Of a stretch of DNA of 64,000 nt, positions 47,962 through 57,919 are shown piece by piece (the stretch's first letter is position 1; every line of letters starts with the position of its first letter). The notes below the pieces were generated by a model. It was not told the origin of the DNA. It ran no database searches and worked only from the letters and a program-made list of their open reading frames with translations. This stretch comes from Alphaproteobacteria bacterium (lineage in GTDB: Bacteria; Pseudomonadota; Alphaproteobacteria; RF32; CAG-239), in assembly GCA_045659785.1 (NCBI GenBank), contig JAZRCM010000002.1, positions 1,954 to 65,953 on the forward strand. The letters run 5' to 3'. A program made the position numbers and the translations under genes.

Positions 47962-48600
47962 ATGATTTCTATTTTTGTTGCCTCGGCTTTAGGCGGTTAT
48001 TTGCTCGGTTCAATTCCGTTCGGACTGGTTTTATGCTACATTGCAGGACTGGGTGATATAAGAAAAATCGGCTCCGGCAATATCGGTGCTACTAACGTAT
48101 TGAGAACCGGACGTAAAGATTTAGCTTTAGCAACAGTTTTGCTTGATGCCTCAAAAGCAGGTATTGCTGCTTGGGTTGCCGGATTGCTCGCACCTGAAAA
48201 CGATATGTTGGTTATGGGAATTATGACTAAGACCAACACATTAGCTGCATTAATCGCCGGTACATCTGCTATCTTGGGACATAATTTCCCGATATGGCTA
48301 GGTTTCAAAGGCGGAAAAGGCGTTGCCTCCGCGTTCGGTTTTATCGTAGTAATGAGTCCGACATTAGGTTTGTTAGCATTGCTGACTTGGTTGGTATTTG
48401 CTTTTGCTTTTCGCTATTCTTCGTTGTCTGCTATTGCTGCTGCAACACTTACTCCGGTTTATGCATACTTTTTTGCCGGAGAAATGGAGGCTATATTCTT
48501 TAGCATGATAGCTTTGTTGGTTTTAATCAGACATCATGCCAACATTGTAAGACTCGTAAAAGGAACGGAAAGTAAAATCAGCTTTAAGAAGAAAGCATAA
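47962..48600 (+). CDS. plsY: Glycerol-3-phosphate acyltransferase PlsY.
   Basis: GSGNIGATNVLRTGRK, HNFPIWLGFKGGKGVA. Confidence 0.9.
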   Translation: MISIFVASALGGYLLGSIPFGLVLCYIAGLGDIRKIGSGNIGATNVLRTGRKDLALATVLLDASKAGIAAWVAGLLAPENDMLVMGIMTKTNTLAALIAGTSAILGHNFPIWLGFKGGKGVASAFGFIVVMSPTLGLLALLTWLVFAFAFRYSSLSAIAAATLTPVYAYFFAGEMEAIFFSMIALLVLIRHHANIVRLVKGTESKISFKKKA

Positions 48601-49721
48601 TGGCTTTGAAACAAACAATTATTGAAGCTCTGCGACTGATTAATACCGATGGTATCGGTCCGGTAAATTATGAAAAATATATAAGTGCATACGGCTCTGT
48701 TGCCGATGCACTTGTTTTTTTGGAAAAAGCAGGAAAGAAAGTACCTACTCCGTCTTGGGCTGAAAATGAATTGAAAAATGCCGAAAAACAAAATGTGCAT
48801 ATTCTACTTAAAGAAGATAATTTATATCCTCAAAAACTCTTATCTCTGAAAGATGCTCCTCCGGTCTTGTACGCAAAAGGAAATTTAAACTTATTATCGA
48901 CAGATTTATCTTTAGCCATAGTCGGAAGTCGCAATGCCAGTATTAATGCAAGAAAGTTGTCATCTAAAATTGCCTGTGATTTAACCGAAAATAAAATTTT
49001 AATAATTTCGGGAATGGCTCGAGGAATTGATGCATCTGCTCATAAGGGAGCAATGTATGCTCTTAATCAAAAAGGTCCAACCATCGCTGTATTGGGAACA
49101 GGAATTGATAAAATATATCCCACGGAAAATAAAGACTTGTATTATCAAATAGCAGAACAGGGTTTGTTATTGTCGGAAGTTCCGTTGGAAACCGAAGCTC
49201 AAGTTTCAAACTTTCCACGCAGAAACAGGATTGTTGCCGGACTAAGCTGCGGAGTTTTGGTAACTGAAGCATCTGAAAAATCAGGTTCGCTAATCACTGC
49301 AAAGATTGGAGCCCAACAGGGAAAACATTTATTTGCCGTTCCGGGTAACCCATGTGATTCAAAATCAGCCGGAACCAATAATTTATTAAGAATGGGGGCG
49401 CATTTTACCGAAAATGCAGATGACATTATTAATATATTGAAGGATTATACTGTTAATACCCCAACCTATAAGGTTGAAAAAATATGTGACGATTTATTCA
49501 TAAACTCTCTTGACAATTCTGCAAAAACTAACAATATTCCTTCTAGTTCTAAATATCCGATTGAAGAATTTTTATCAACATCGGCTGCTGATATAGATGA
49601 AGTTATACGTTATTCAAAACTGGATACAGCAACGGTAATGATGCAAATTCTCGACTTGGAAATAGAGGGAAGGATAGTTCGACTTCCGGGCAATAAAATC
49701 GCATTGAGCGAAAGAAAGTGA
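48600..49721 (+). CDS. dprA: DNA processing protein DprA (Smf).
   Basis: Rossmann-like GMARGIDASAHKGA, ...VPGNPCDSKSAGTNNLLR. Confidence 0.88.
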   Translation: MALKQTIIEALRLINTDGIGPVNYEKYISAYGSVADALVFLEKAGKKVPTPSWAENELKNAEKQNVHILLKEDNLYPQKLLSLKDAPPVLYAKGNLNLLSTDLSLAIVGSRNASINARKLSSKIACDLTENKILIISGMARGIDASAHKGAMYALNQKGPTIAVLGTGIDKIYPTENKDLYYQIAEQGLLLSEVPLETEAQVSNFPRRNRIVAGLSCGVLVTEASEKSGSLITAKIGAQQGKHLFAVPGNPCDSKSAGTNNLLRMGAHFTENADDIINILKDYTVNTPTYKVEKICDDLFINSLDNSAKTNNIPSSSKYPIEEFLSTSAADIDEVIRYSKLDTATVMMQILDLEIEGRIVRLPGNKIALSERK

Positions 49722-49732
49722 GAAAAAAAGAA

Positions 49733-52186
49733 ATGAAACTAGTTATCGTGGAATCTCCGGCAAAAGCCAAAACAATCAATAAATATTTAGGTGAAGAATA
49801 TAAAGTTCTTGCCAGTTTCGGTCATATAAGAGATTTGCCGAGTAAAGACGGTTCCGTTCAACCGGAACAAGATTTTGCCATGACTTGGGAACTGAGTTCC
49901 GGAGGACAAAAACGTCTGAAAGACATTATTGCCGCAGTTAAAGATGCTGACACGATTGTACTCGCATCCGACCCGGATAGAGAAGGAGAAGCCATTGCTT
50001 GGCACATTTTAGAAGAACTGAAAGCTCGTAACAAGATTAAAGATAAAAAAATCGAGCGTGTCGTATTTCACGAAATTACAAAATCAGCAGTAACCGAAGC
50101 AATTAAAAATCCGCGTTCGATTGACGATAATCTGGTTTCTGCATATATGGCAAGACGTGCTCTTGACTATTTGGTAGGTTTTAATCTTTCTCCTGTCTTA
50201 TGGAGAAAACTTCCCGGCTCAAAATCCGCAGGACGTGTACAATCGGTTGCGTTACGTCTTGTTTGCGAAAGAGAAAATGAGATAGAAAACTTTAAGCCGG
50301 AAGAATATTGGACCATTGATGCCGAGTTGTTTACATCAAAACAAGCTTTGATAAAATCAAAATTAGTTACTTTAGACGGTAAAAAGCTGGAAAAATTTGA
50401 CATTAACAGCGAAGAAAAAGCCCTTGCGGCAAAAGCAAAAATAGAAGCTCAAGATTTTGCGGTTTCAAATGTTGAACGCAAAAAAGCTAATCGCTACCCT
50501 GCTCCTCCGTTTACAACCTCAACTTTACAACAGGAAGCAGCTCGTAAGTTACGCTTCTCTGCTAAAAAGACAATGCAGATAGCACAAAAACTCTATGAAG
50601 AAGGTTATATTACCTATATGCGTACCGATGCGGTAAACCTTTCTAAAGATGCTATCAATGCTTGTCGTGATGCGATTGTTAAATATTTTGGTGAAGATTA
50701 TCTGCCTAAAACACCTAAAGAATATAAAAACAAGTCTAAAAATGCGCAAGAAGCTCACGAGGCTATTCGTCCGGCAGATGTATTTAATACTCCTAAAAAA
50801 ATGGAAACAAAACTTGATGCCGATGCTCATAAATTATATGAATTAATTTGGAAGCGCACTGTCGCTTGTCAAATGAATCCTGCTATTTTGGATAAGGTTT
50901 CCATTGAATCTACATCTAATGACGGACAAATTATGTTGCGTGCAAACGGTCAAGTTATCGCTTTTGACGGGTATCTCAAACTTTATCAGGAAAGTTTTGA
51001 CGATGATGACGAAGATGAAGATAACCGCCTGTTGCCAAATGTAGAAGTCGGAGAAAAAGAGACTAAAGGTGAAATTTTCACAGACAAACACTTTACTGCT
51101 CCTCCTCCTCGTTTTACCGAAGCAAGTTTGGTGAAAAAACTTGAAGAACTCGGTATTGGACGTCCGTCAACTTATGCGACTATTATTGCCGTTCTACAAG
51201 AACGTCAATATGTTAAGGTGGAAAAGCTTCGTTTTATTCCTGAAGAGAGAGGAAGAATTGTTACCGTATTTTTAGAAAACTTTTTCAAAAAATATGTAGA
51301 ATATGATTTTACCGCACAAATGGAAGAATTTTTAGATGATATTTCCGCCGGTTCTATGGAATGGAAAAAACTTTTGACCGGTTTTTGGAGCAAATTTATC
51401 AAAAATATTGAAGCGGTCAGTCCATTACAAATGACTGAAGTTATCAATAAAATTGATGAAGTATTGGGAAATCACTTATTCCCTACAAGAGAAGACGGAA
51501 CGGATCCTCGTTCTTGTCCTGATTGTAACAACGGGCGTTTAGGCATAAAATTAGGCCGTTTCGGAGCATTTATAGGTTGTTCTAACTATCCGGAATGTAA
51601 ATATACCAAACAATTGATTGACACCTCTGCCGAAGAAGAAAAAATTGCTAATGCACCGGAATTAACTAATCCTGAAGATAAGGAATTAGGTTTGATAGAC
51701 AATGAGGTTATTTATCTCAAAAAAGGTCCTTACGGTTACTATGTACAATTAGGTGCAGACAAGGGTAAGGAAAAGCCTAAACGTTGCTCTTTGCCAAAAG
51801 GATGTACACCTGAAAACATTTCTTTGGAAAAGGCTGAGATTTTGTTAAATCTGCCTCGTCAATTAGGTAACGGTATTGAAGTTAATATCGGAAAATTCGG
51901 TATGTATATAAAACAAGGCGGAAAATCTAAATCATTAACCGGCAATGATGATGTATTCAACATTACATTGGAAAGAGCCGAACAAATATTGCAAGGGGTA
52001 GCAGAAAAACCTCAAGCGACCGTAATTGGCACAAACCCGCAAAATAACGAACAAATAACCCTAAATTCAGGCAGATATGGTCCTTACTTAAAGTGTGGCA
52101 AGAACAATTACGCCCTACCGAAAGATTTACAAGGTAAAGAAATTGATATTGAAACCGCAATGAAAATAATTTCTGCAAAAAAGTAA
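49733..52186 (+). CDS. topA: DNA topoisomerase I.
   Basis: MKLVIVESPAKAKTI Toprim N-terminus, active-site Tyr region (YITYMRTD), and C-terminal Zn-ribbon-like CPDC/CSNYPEC motifs. The ORF track begins 15 nt earlier. Confidence 0.95.
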   Translation: MKLVIVESPAKAKTINKYLGEEYKVLASFGHIRDLPSKDGSVQPEQDFAMTWELSSGGQKRLKDIIAAVKDADTIVLASDPDREGEAIAWHILEELKARNKIKDKKIERVVFHEITKSAVTEAIKNPRSIDDNLVSAYMARRALDYLVGFNLSPVLWRKLPGSKSAGRVQSVALRLVCERENEIENFKPEEYWTIDAELFTSKQALIKSKLVTLDGKKLEKFDINSEEKALAAKAKIEAQDFAVSNVERKKANRYPAPPFTTSTLQQEAARKLRFSAKKTMQIAQKLYEEGYITYMRTDAVNLSKDAINACRDAIVKYFGEDYLPKTPKEYKNKSKNAQEAHEAIRPADVFNTPKKMETKLDADAHKLYELIWKRTVACQMNPAILDKVSIESTSNDGQIMLRANGQVIAFDGYLKLYQESFDDDDEDEDNRLLPNVEVGEKETKGEIFTDKHFTAPPPRFTEASLVKKLEELGIGRPSTYATIIAVLQERQYVKVEKLRFIPEERGRIVTVFLENFFKKYVEYDFTAQMEEFLDDISAGSMEWKKLLTGFWSKFIKNIEAVSPLQMTEVINKIDEVLGNHLFPTREDGTDPRSCPDCNNGRLGIKLGRFGAFIGCSNYPECKYTKQLIDTSAEEEKIANAPELTNPEDKELGLIDNEVIYLKKGPYGYYVQLGADKGKEKPKRCSLPKGCTPENISLEKAEILLNLPRQLGNGIEVNIGKFGMYIKQGGKSKSLTGNDDVFNITLERAEQILQGVAEKPQATVIGTNPQNNEQITLNSGRYGPYLKCGKNNYALPKDLQGKEIDIETAMKIISAKK

Positions 52187-52220
52187 AATAAAGTCGCCGT
52201 AAAAAGGCGACTTTATCTTT
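52187..52220 (+). terminator. Terminator of topA.
   Basis: Hairpin AAGTCGCCGTAAAAAGGCGACTT followed by a T-rich tail. Confidence 0.55.
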
Positions 52221-52316
52221 ATAAATACTATTCACAGCATATATTTTTTTATAGCAAATTTGATAAAAAAATGCTAAATTCTGTTAGAAATGTAACCAAG
52301 TTTATAAAAAAGAACA

Positions 52317-52823
52317 ATGACAAATAAAACAAATTCTACATATTCAAGAGATGAAGCATACTCGATTAAAATAGGTATGTATGCAATTTTGGTAATAGCC
52401 CTTCTCTTTGCGACATATATCATCAGACGAGATTTAACCGCTAATCAGGAGAAAAACAGCCATTATTCCATTAATGCCAGATTTGGCAGAACCGATGGCT
52501 TGAGCATTGGAAACGATGTTCGCTTGGCCGGTGTTAATGTAGGTAAAGTTATTGATATGCAGATAGATGAAAATTATCGAGTTATATTGACAATGGAAAT
52601 CAAAGAAGGAATACAAATTCCTGATGACAGTTCTGCATCTATCGTCAGTAACGGAGTTTTGGGAAGTAAATATATAGAATTGGAACCAGGCGGTTCGGAA
52701 GATTATCTCGAACAAGGAAGCGAAATATCCTTTGTTCGTGATGCGATGGTTTTAGAAGAAGTTGTTGACAGAATTATCGGTTTAGGAAAAGCAAAACGCC
52801 AAAAACAAAAGGAGCAAAAATAA
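52317..52823 (+). CDS. MlaD/MCE-domain protein, copy 1.
   Basis: N-terminal TM, then an MCE domain (RFGRTDGLSIGNDVRLAGVNVGKV...). Confidence 0.75.
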   Translation: MTNKTNSTYSRDEAYSIKIGMYAILVIALLFATYIIRRDLTANQEKNSHYSINARFGRTDGLSIGNDVRLAGVNVGKVIDMQIDENYRVILTMEIKEGIQIPDDSSASIVSNGVLGSKYIELEPGGSEDYLEQGSEISFVRDAMVLEEVVDRIIGLGKAKRQKQKEQK

Positions 52824-53281
52824 TGAGTAAACGACCATTTGAAACAATTATGGGAATTGTGGTATTAATAATTGCAGGTCTGTTCTTGGCTTTTGCATAC
52901 AGAGTTTCTGATTTACAAGTAGTTAAAGGATATGAGCTTACGGCAAAATTCTTAAAAGTCGGAGGGCTCGGAGTTGGTGCAGACGTTATGATTAACGGTA
53001 TAAAAATCGGAACGGTTGTCGGTTTGAAACTTGATAATGAAAATTATGATGCAGAAATCAAATTAAGTATTGCTCCCGATGTGAAGTTGCCGGAAGACAG
53101 TGTTGCAACTATTGCAACAAACGGTTTGATGGGCAATAAGTTTATCAAGGTAGAACCGGGAAAATCAAAAGAAATTCTGCAAAACGGTGATGAAATCACC
53201 AATACAAAAGATTTCAAAACATTAGAAGATATGGTTGGTGAAGTTATATTTATGGTGACCGGCGATGATGACAAAGAATAA
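52823..53281 (+). CDS. MlaD/MCE-domain protein, copy 2, a tandem paralogue of copy 1.
   Basis: N-terminal TM, then an MCE domain (KFLKVGGLGVGADVMINGIKIGTV...). Confidence 0.75.
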   Translation: MSKRPFETIMGIVVLIIAGLFLAFAYRVSDLQVVKGYELTAKFLKVGGLGVGADVMINGIKIGTVVGLKLDNENYDAEIKLSIAPDVKLPEDSVATIATNGLMGNKFIKVEPGKSKEILQNGDEITNTKDFKTLEDMVGEVIFMVTGDDDKE

Positions 53282-54335
53282 ACTTTTTTATACAACATTG
53301 TTTTCCGCATTATCACTGTCTTTAGGTGCCAATGCGACAGAAATAAATACCAATACCGCTATTATGCAGGCAATGGATAAAATTACCGGTCACGTAAGTC
53401 TTGTGGAAGTTCCGGTAAATCAGGAAGTTAAGTTCGGTACTTTTTCAATTTTGGTTCGTGAGTGTAAAACAAGAACTCCTGAAGAAACACCGGAAAACTT
53501 TGCCTTTGTTGATATTGTCGATGCCACACCTAAGGGCAATAAAATCAATATCTTCAAAGGGTGGATGTTATCTTCATCTCCGGCATTGAATGCTGTTGCT
53601 CATCCGGTATATGACGTATGGCTGTTGAAATGTACTGACAAAAACGTTGATACAAAATTACAGATGAATAAAGAGGAGTTAGCTGACAGAGATACAATAG
53701 AAATGAAACGTCAGCAAGCTATTATGGTTTTGGAAGAAATTGCTAAAAGTGAAGATGCGGTTGAAAATAATGGAGAACCTATCGACTTAATTCCGGCTTC
53801 GGTCGCAGAAAATAGCGAAGAAAATAAAACAGAAAAAGCTGTTGTTGAAACAACTGAAGAAGTCAAATCCGAAAATATGGTAGCAAAAACAGATAACAAT
53901 ATCAGTATTGTTGAAAATACACCGAAAGAAACTGCAACCGATGTTAAAGAGATAACTACTCCTACGGAAGAAGGAGTACCTGAAGCTTTGGTTGTAATTC
54001 AGGAGGAAAAAACGCCTGTTGCATCGCAAGAAGAATATGAAGTTATCGAAAACGTCGTTGTTATAAAAAGCGAACAGGAACAAAAACTTACTTCCGATAT
54101 AAAAAATGTTCAGGAAGAACTCAAAGAACAAGTAGCCGAAGTTGCTGAAAAAGTGGAAGAAAATACTAAAAAAGCTATTGAAGAAGCTGATAAACACATT
54201 GAAAAGATTGCGGAAGAAACAAAAGAAACCGTAAAACAAAAGGTAGATGAGGAGATTAAAGAGAAAGTTCTCTCTCCGGAAGAAATTATTTTACAGCTTG
54301 AAAAAGAATTATCGGCTAAAGCTATCGGAGAATAA
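53265..54335 (+). CDS. Secreted protein, possibly DUF2155-like, with a long Glu/Lys-rich C-terminal tail.
   Basis: Signal peptide. Conserved-looking N-terminal domain of about 130 aa, then E/K/V-rich low complexity. Confidence 0.45.
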   Translation: MMTKNKLFYTTLFSALSLSLGANATEINTNTAIMQAMDKITGHVSLVEVPVNQEVKFGTFSILVRECKTRTPEETPENFAFVDIVDATPKGNKINIFKGWMLSSSPALNAVAHPVYDVWLLKCTDKNVDTKLQMNKEELADRDTIEMKRQQAIMVLEEIAKSEDAVENNGEPIDLIPASVAENSEENKTEKAVVETTEEVKSENMVAKTDNNISIVENTPKETATDVKEITTPTEEGVPEALVVIQEEKTPVASQEEYEVIENVVVIKSEQEQKLTSDIKNVQEELKEQVAEVAEKVEENTKKAIEEADKHIEKIAEETKETVKQKVDEEIKEKVLSPEEIILQLEKELSAKAIGE

Positions 54336-55282
54336 TGAGGAGTAATAATATGAGCGAAAACGAAATTGATGTTAGTTTTGTGATGACGGTTTATAATAAA
54401 GAATATTATTTGCCGTCGGTATTAAAAGCTCTTTTAGGTCAAACAGGACTAAAAAATCCGGAATTTATTTTTGTTGATGATTTATCTTCGGATAAGTCAG
54501 TTCAAATTATCAAAGATATGACTAAAGATATTCCTAATGTGACTATTGTTGAAAACGACAGAAACAGAGGAATTAGTGCTCGAATAAATCAGGGTATCGC
54601 TTTAGCAAAGGGGAAATGGTGCCGAATGCTTGATTCTGATGACATTTTTCCGCTTGATTCTACCGAAAAAATGATAAAGCTCGCAGAAGAGCTTCCGGCT
54701 GATATGGTCTATGGTTGTTTTACCAAAACCGGAAAAGAACCGCAAGAACTTGAAAAATGTATGTTAGAAGAATTTACATATACCCATAATCAAAATGCTC
54801 TTATGGGAGTTTTGACCGGAAGATTTACCCGTATGGGACAATTAATTAAAACAGAAGTATTGAAAAAAGCCGAAGGTGCTGATGAACGTGCTTTTATCCA
54901 AGATGAATCTATTCCTTTGAGAGCTGCAATTTATGCACATGGTATAGCAAAAATGACTGCTAACGTGGTTTTGGTTCCTAAGGAAATAGGCAATTTCTCT
55001 GGTAATAAGGTTCAGCTCGATCACGACCGATTTATGGCATATTATTGGACAATAAAAGATAATACACAGCTATCTGAAAAGAATATGCATCTGATGTATA
55101 TGAGAGCCTTGTCGGCATATTGGAAATTTGTAAAGAAGACTGAAAAAAATCCGTATATGACATCTATATTCTATCGTTATTTATGGTGCAAAATGAGTAA
55201 TTGCTTACCTGATATTGAATATTTGGATAAGATATATAATATTTTTGCAGCAAGAGATGATGTTCGCAGAATAAAACCATAA
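54335..55282 (+). CDS. Family 2 glycosyltransferase.
   Basis: VSFVMTVYNKEYYL...FIFVDDLSSDKS...LDSDD. Confidence 0.75.
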   Translation: MRSNNMSENEIDVSFVMTVYNKEYYLPSVLKALLGQTGLKNPEFIFVDDLSSDKSVQIIKDMTKDIPNVTIVENDRNRGISARINQGIALAKGKWCRMLDSDDIFPLDSTEKMIKLAEELPADMVYGCFTKTGKEPQELEKCMLEEFTYTHNQNALMGVLTGRFTRMGQLIKTEVLKKAEGADERAFIQDESIPLRAAIYAHGIAKMTANVVLVPKEIGNFSGNKVQLDHDRFMAYYWTIKDNTQLSEKNMHLMYMRALSAYWKFVKKTEKNPYMTSIFYRYLWCKMSNCLPDIEYLDKIYNIFAARDDVRRIKP

Positions 55283-55340
55283 AACTATCCTAAAATACAT
55301 AAAATAATATTGACTGTTTTTTAATATATGCAATAGTATT

Positions 55341-55385
55341 GCTATGCTATGCTATGCTATGCTATGCTATGCTATGCTATGGCAT
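55341..55385. repeat. Pentanucleotide simple-sequence repeat (GCTAT)9 in the 5' leader or start region of the pyruvyl transferase gene.
   Basis: GCTATGCTATGCTATGCTATGCTATGCTATGCTATGCTATGCTAT. It contains ATGs every 15 nt that are currently in frame with the downstream CDS. Confidence 0.9.
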
Positions 55386-55410
55386 AATATATTATGAACA
55401 GGAGATAAAC

Positions 55411-56223
55411 ATGATACGCTTACACTACTGCCGTGCCAATAATTTTGGCGATGCAATGAATCCGATTTTAATTGAACGCCTTACCGGTAAAAAATGCAAA
55501 TATGCCGGAAAGTCGACTGCACAAATTGTAGGAATCGGCAGTATCTTAAATGGTTTTACTCGTCCTCGTTTCGGTAAAAGAATAAAAGATTTATTTACCT
55601 TACCGACAAATATCTGGACATCAGGTTTCATAAAAGAGGTAGATTACAAAGAAAATTTCAGAAAAAATATCCATTTTGCCGCAGTAAGAGGAAAAATTAC
55701 CAAAGAGCGTATTGAAAAAATTGTTGGTAAAAAGATTGATATGGCTCTCGGTGACGGAGGACTTTTGTTCAATCGTTTGCTTGATATTGCTCCGGAAAAG
55801 AAGTATAAAATCGGATTTACACCTCACGTTGAAGATTTAGATAATCCTCTTTTTAATAAACTTATTGATGAAATACCTCACTCAATATTGATTAATTTTA
55901 GGGATGAACCTTTGACTGTTCTTAAACAAATTGCAGAATGCGAGTTTGTTCTTTCCACATCAATGCACGGACTTATTGCTGCAGATTCTTTCGGTATTCC
56001 GAATCAATGGTTGACAGTTTCAAATAAACTTACCGGTGGAGAGTATAAATTTAAGGATTATTATTCGGTGTTTAATATCACTCCTAAAGCTTTAACGGCT
56101 GATGATGTTAAAAACCTTAACCAAAATCAAATTGAAGATTTAGCAAATCAATACAAAATAAACTATACTCAAGTTGAAGAAGTTCAAAACGATCTTTTAG
56201 AAGCCTTAATGGACATTACATAA
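55411..56223 (+). CDS. Polysaccharide pyruvyl transferase family protein (CsaB/WcaK-like).
   Basis: RANNFGDAMNP...GIGSIL N-terminal motif. Start taken at the ATG with SD AGGAGA 6 nt upstream. The ORF track begins at 55339 inside the repeat. Confidence 0.6.
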   Translation: MIRLHYCRANNFGDAMNPILIERLTGKKCKYAGKSTAQIVGIGSILNGFTRPRFGKRIKDLFTLPTNIWTSGFIKEVDYKENFRKNIHFAAVRGKITKERIEKIVGKKIDMALGDGGLLFNRLLDIAPEKKYKIGFTPHVEDLDNPLFNKLIDEIPHSILINFRDEPLTVLKQIAECEFVLSTSMHGLIAADSFGIPNQWLTVSNKLTGGEYKFKDYYSVFNITPKALTADDVKNLNQNQIEDLANQYKINYTQVEEVQNDLLEALMDIT

Positions 56224-56255
56224 TAAAAAAACTCGGGAAATCCCGAGTTTTTTAT
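56224..56255. terminator. Bidirectional terminator.
   Basis: AAAAAAACTCGGGAAATCCCGAGTTTTTT. Confidence 0.75.
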
Positions 56256-56272
56256 TATAACTTTAATTATAA

Positions 56273-56728
56273 TTAGAATGGGATATCGTCATCAATAGGA
56301 GCAGTTGCCGGAGCAGAATCCCATCCGTTTGATGCAGATGCAGAAAATACGTCTCCGCCTGAAGAAGCACCTTCACCACGTCCGTCAAGCATAACTAATG
56401 TTCCTGTATAGTTTTGCAAAACAATCTCTGTTGTGTATCTCTTTTGACCGTTAGCATCGTCCCAAGAGCGTGTTTGCAATTGACCTTCAATATAAACTTT
56501 TGAACCTTTACGCAAAAATCTTTCTGCAACATCAGCTAACTGGTTATTAAAAATAACTACACGATGCCATTCGGTTCTGTCTTTTCTTTCTCCGGAAACT
56601 TTATCTTTCCATGTATCGGTTGTAGCAACACTTAAGTTCACCACTTTACTACCGTTTTGTGTTGTATTAACTCTCGGGTCATCACCAAGATTACCGACCA
56701 AAATCACTTTGTTTATACTTCCAGCCAT
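56273..56728 (-). CDS. ssb: Single-stranded DNA-binding protein.
   Basis: [14 protein letters not shown]...[12 protein letters not shown]-fold motifs and an acidic C-terminal tail ...DDDIPF. Confidence 0.93.
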   Translation of the reverse strand: MAGSINKVILVGNLGDDPRVNTTQNGSKVVNLSVATTDTWKDKVSGERKDRTEWHRVVIFNNQLADVAERFLRKGSKVYIEGQLQTRSWDDANGQKRYTTEIVLQNYTGTLVMLDGRGEGASSGGDVFSASASNGWDSAPATAPIDDDIPF

Positions 56729-56800
56729 TTTTTCTCTCTTTTTCTCTAAAATTAAAACTACTACGAATATAATTTAATTAATATTATAGTCAAAAACAAA

Positions 56801-57919
56801 TCAATATACCTGTGTATATTCGCCATCACGAATACGATAAATAACATAAGGCAATGATTTTTCAGGAATACCGTTAATAAATGTCACTGTATCCCATCCG
56901 GTATTAATCGGATTTGCTTCAAGTTGTTTTAAGATTTTATCATATTTGAATGATTTTGTTTCTTTTACCAGATTTGACCACATTTTTACCGACAAATATC
57001 CGTAAGGCATCAATCCTTCCGGCTCAATCCCCCATAAACGAAGTCTGACCAAGCTTGATGCAAAATTCGGATTTTGTGTTAATGGAGGTAAAGACATCAT
57101 AAAACTATCTTCTGATAAATCTTTCATTTTACGAGCAAATTTCTTATTTAAGTGGTATCTGTCCGCAAAAACAACAATTTCTGAATCCATTGTTTTTAAT
57201 TTTTCAATTGTCTTTATAATATTATCATGTGTTCCTAAAACATAAACGATAGAAGCTTCGCCGTTTGTTGCCTTTGATACGGCGGCATCAATATCTCCTC
57301 CCTGCTCTGCATAGTTGATAAGAATTAAACTGCCCTTACTTTCAGGTTTTTCATATTCGAGTCTGATAGTATCGGCAACCGAAGTCATATCCATATCTTT
57401 TCCGTCATAAAATACGGCCATTGTATGTTGCGGATAGTGAGAGAACACAAAGCGTGTCAATTCTTTTGCTTGCTCCTCTTTATAGCCGGTAAAGTGGATT
57501 ATTCCTTTATGTGCACGATTATATCTGGCTTTGCTTACACTTGTCGGGTGTACCTGCAAAATTTTTGCCTTTGCCAACAATTCGGCAACATCATCGGCAG
57601 CATTGTTACAGGTGGGACCGATTACCATATAAATTTTGTTATCTGCAACCTTATTCAGTGACATCATTTGCGCAGCCGAAAGAGAAAGATTGTCATCACA
57701 AGGATCATCAATCGGTAAAAGATTTATTTTTTTACCTTGCAAACCGCCACGATTATTAATCTCATCAACCGCAATTTTTGCACCGTTAATCAATTCTTCG
57801 CTAAAATATTTATAGTCGTTACCCATAGGAGTAATAACCGCAATATTTATTTCTGCAAAAGCATTAAACGGAGAGAGTAACACAGCTCCCAACAATATAT
57901 TTCTAAAAAAGTTCTTCAT
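56801..57919 (-). CDS. Periplasmic substrate-binding protein, type 1 PBP (LivJ/LivK-like, branched-chain amino acid family). No cognate permease nearby.
   Basis: Signal peptide. INIAVITPMGNDYKYFSEELINGAKIAVDEINNRGGLQGKKINLL is typical of the Leu/Ile/Val-binding family. Confidence 0.6.
   Translation of the reverse strand: MKNFFRNILLGAVLLSPFNAFAEINIAVITPMGNDYKYFSEELINGAKIAVDEINNRGGLQGKKINLLPIDDPCDDNLSLSAAQMMSLNKVADNKIYMVIGPTCNNAADDVAELLAKAKILQVHPTSVSKARYNRAHKGIIHFTGYKEEQAKELTRFVFSHYPQHTMAVFYDGKDMDMTSVADTIRLEYEKPESKGSLILINYAEQGGDIDAAVSKATNGEASIVYVLGTHDNIIKTIEKLKTMDSEIVVFADRYHLNKKFARKMKDLSEDSFMMSLPPLTQNPNFASSLVRLRLWGIEPEGLMPYGYLSVKMWSNLVKETKSFKYDKILKQLEANPINTGWDTVTFINGIPEKSLPYVIYRIRDGEYTQVY

Noticed and set aside
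53787-54239. 150 aa minus-strand ORF antisense to the Glu/Lys-rich tail of the 53265 gene.
   Set aside because: Low-complexity shadow ORF (poly-F product).
55339-55410. N-terminal extension MLCYAMLCYAMLCYG... as the start of the pyruvyl transferase CDS.
   Set aside because: It is the translation of the (GCTAT)n repeat. A canonical SD and ATG at 55411 is a far better start. The repeat is more likely regulatory (see findings).
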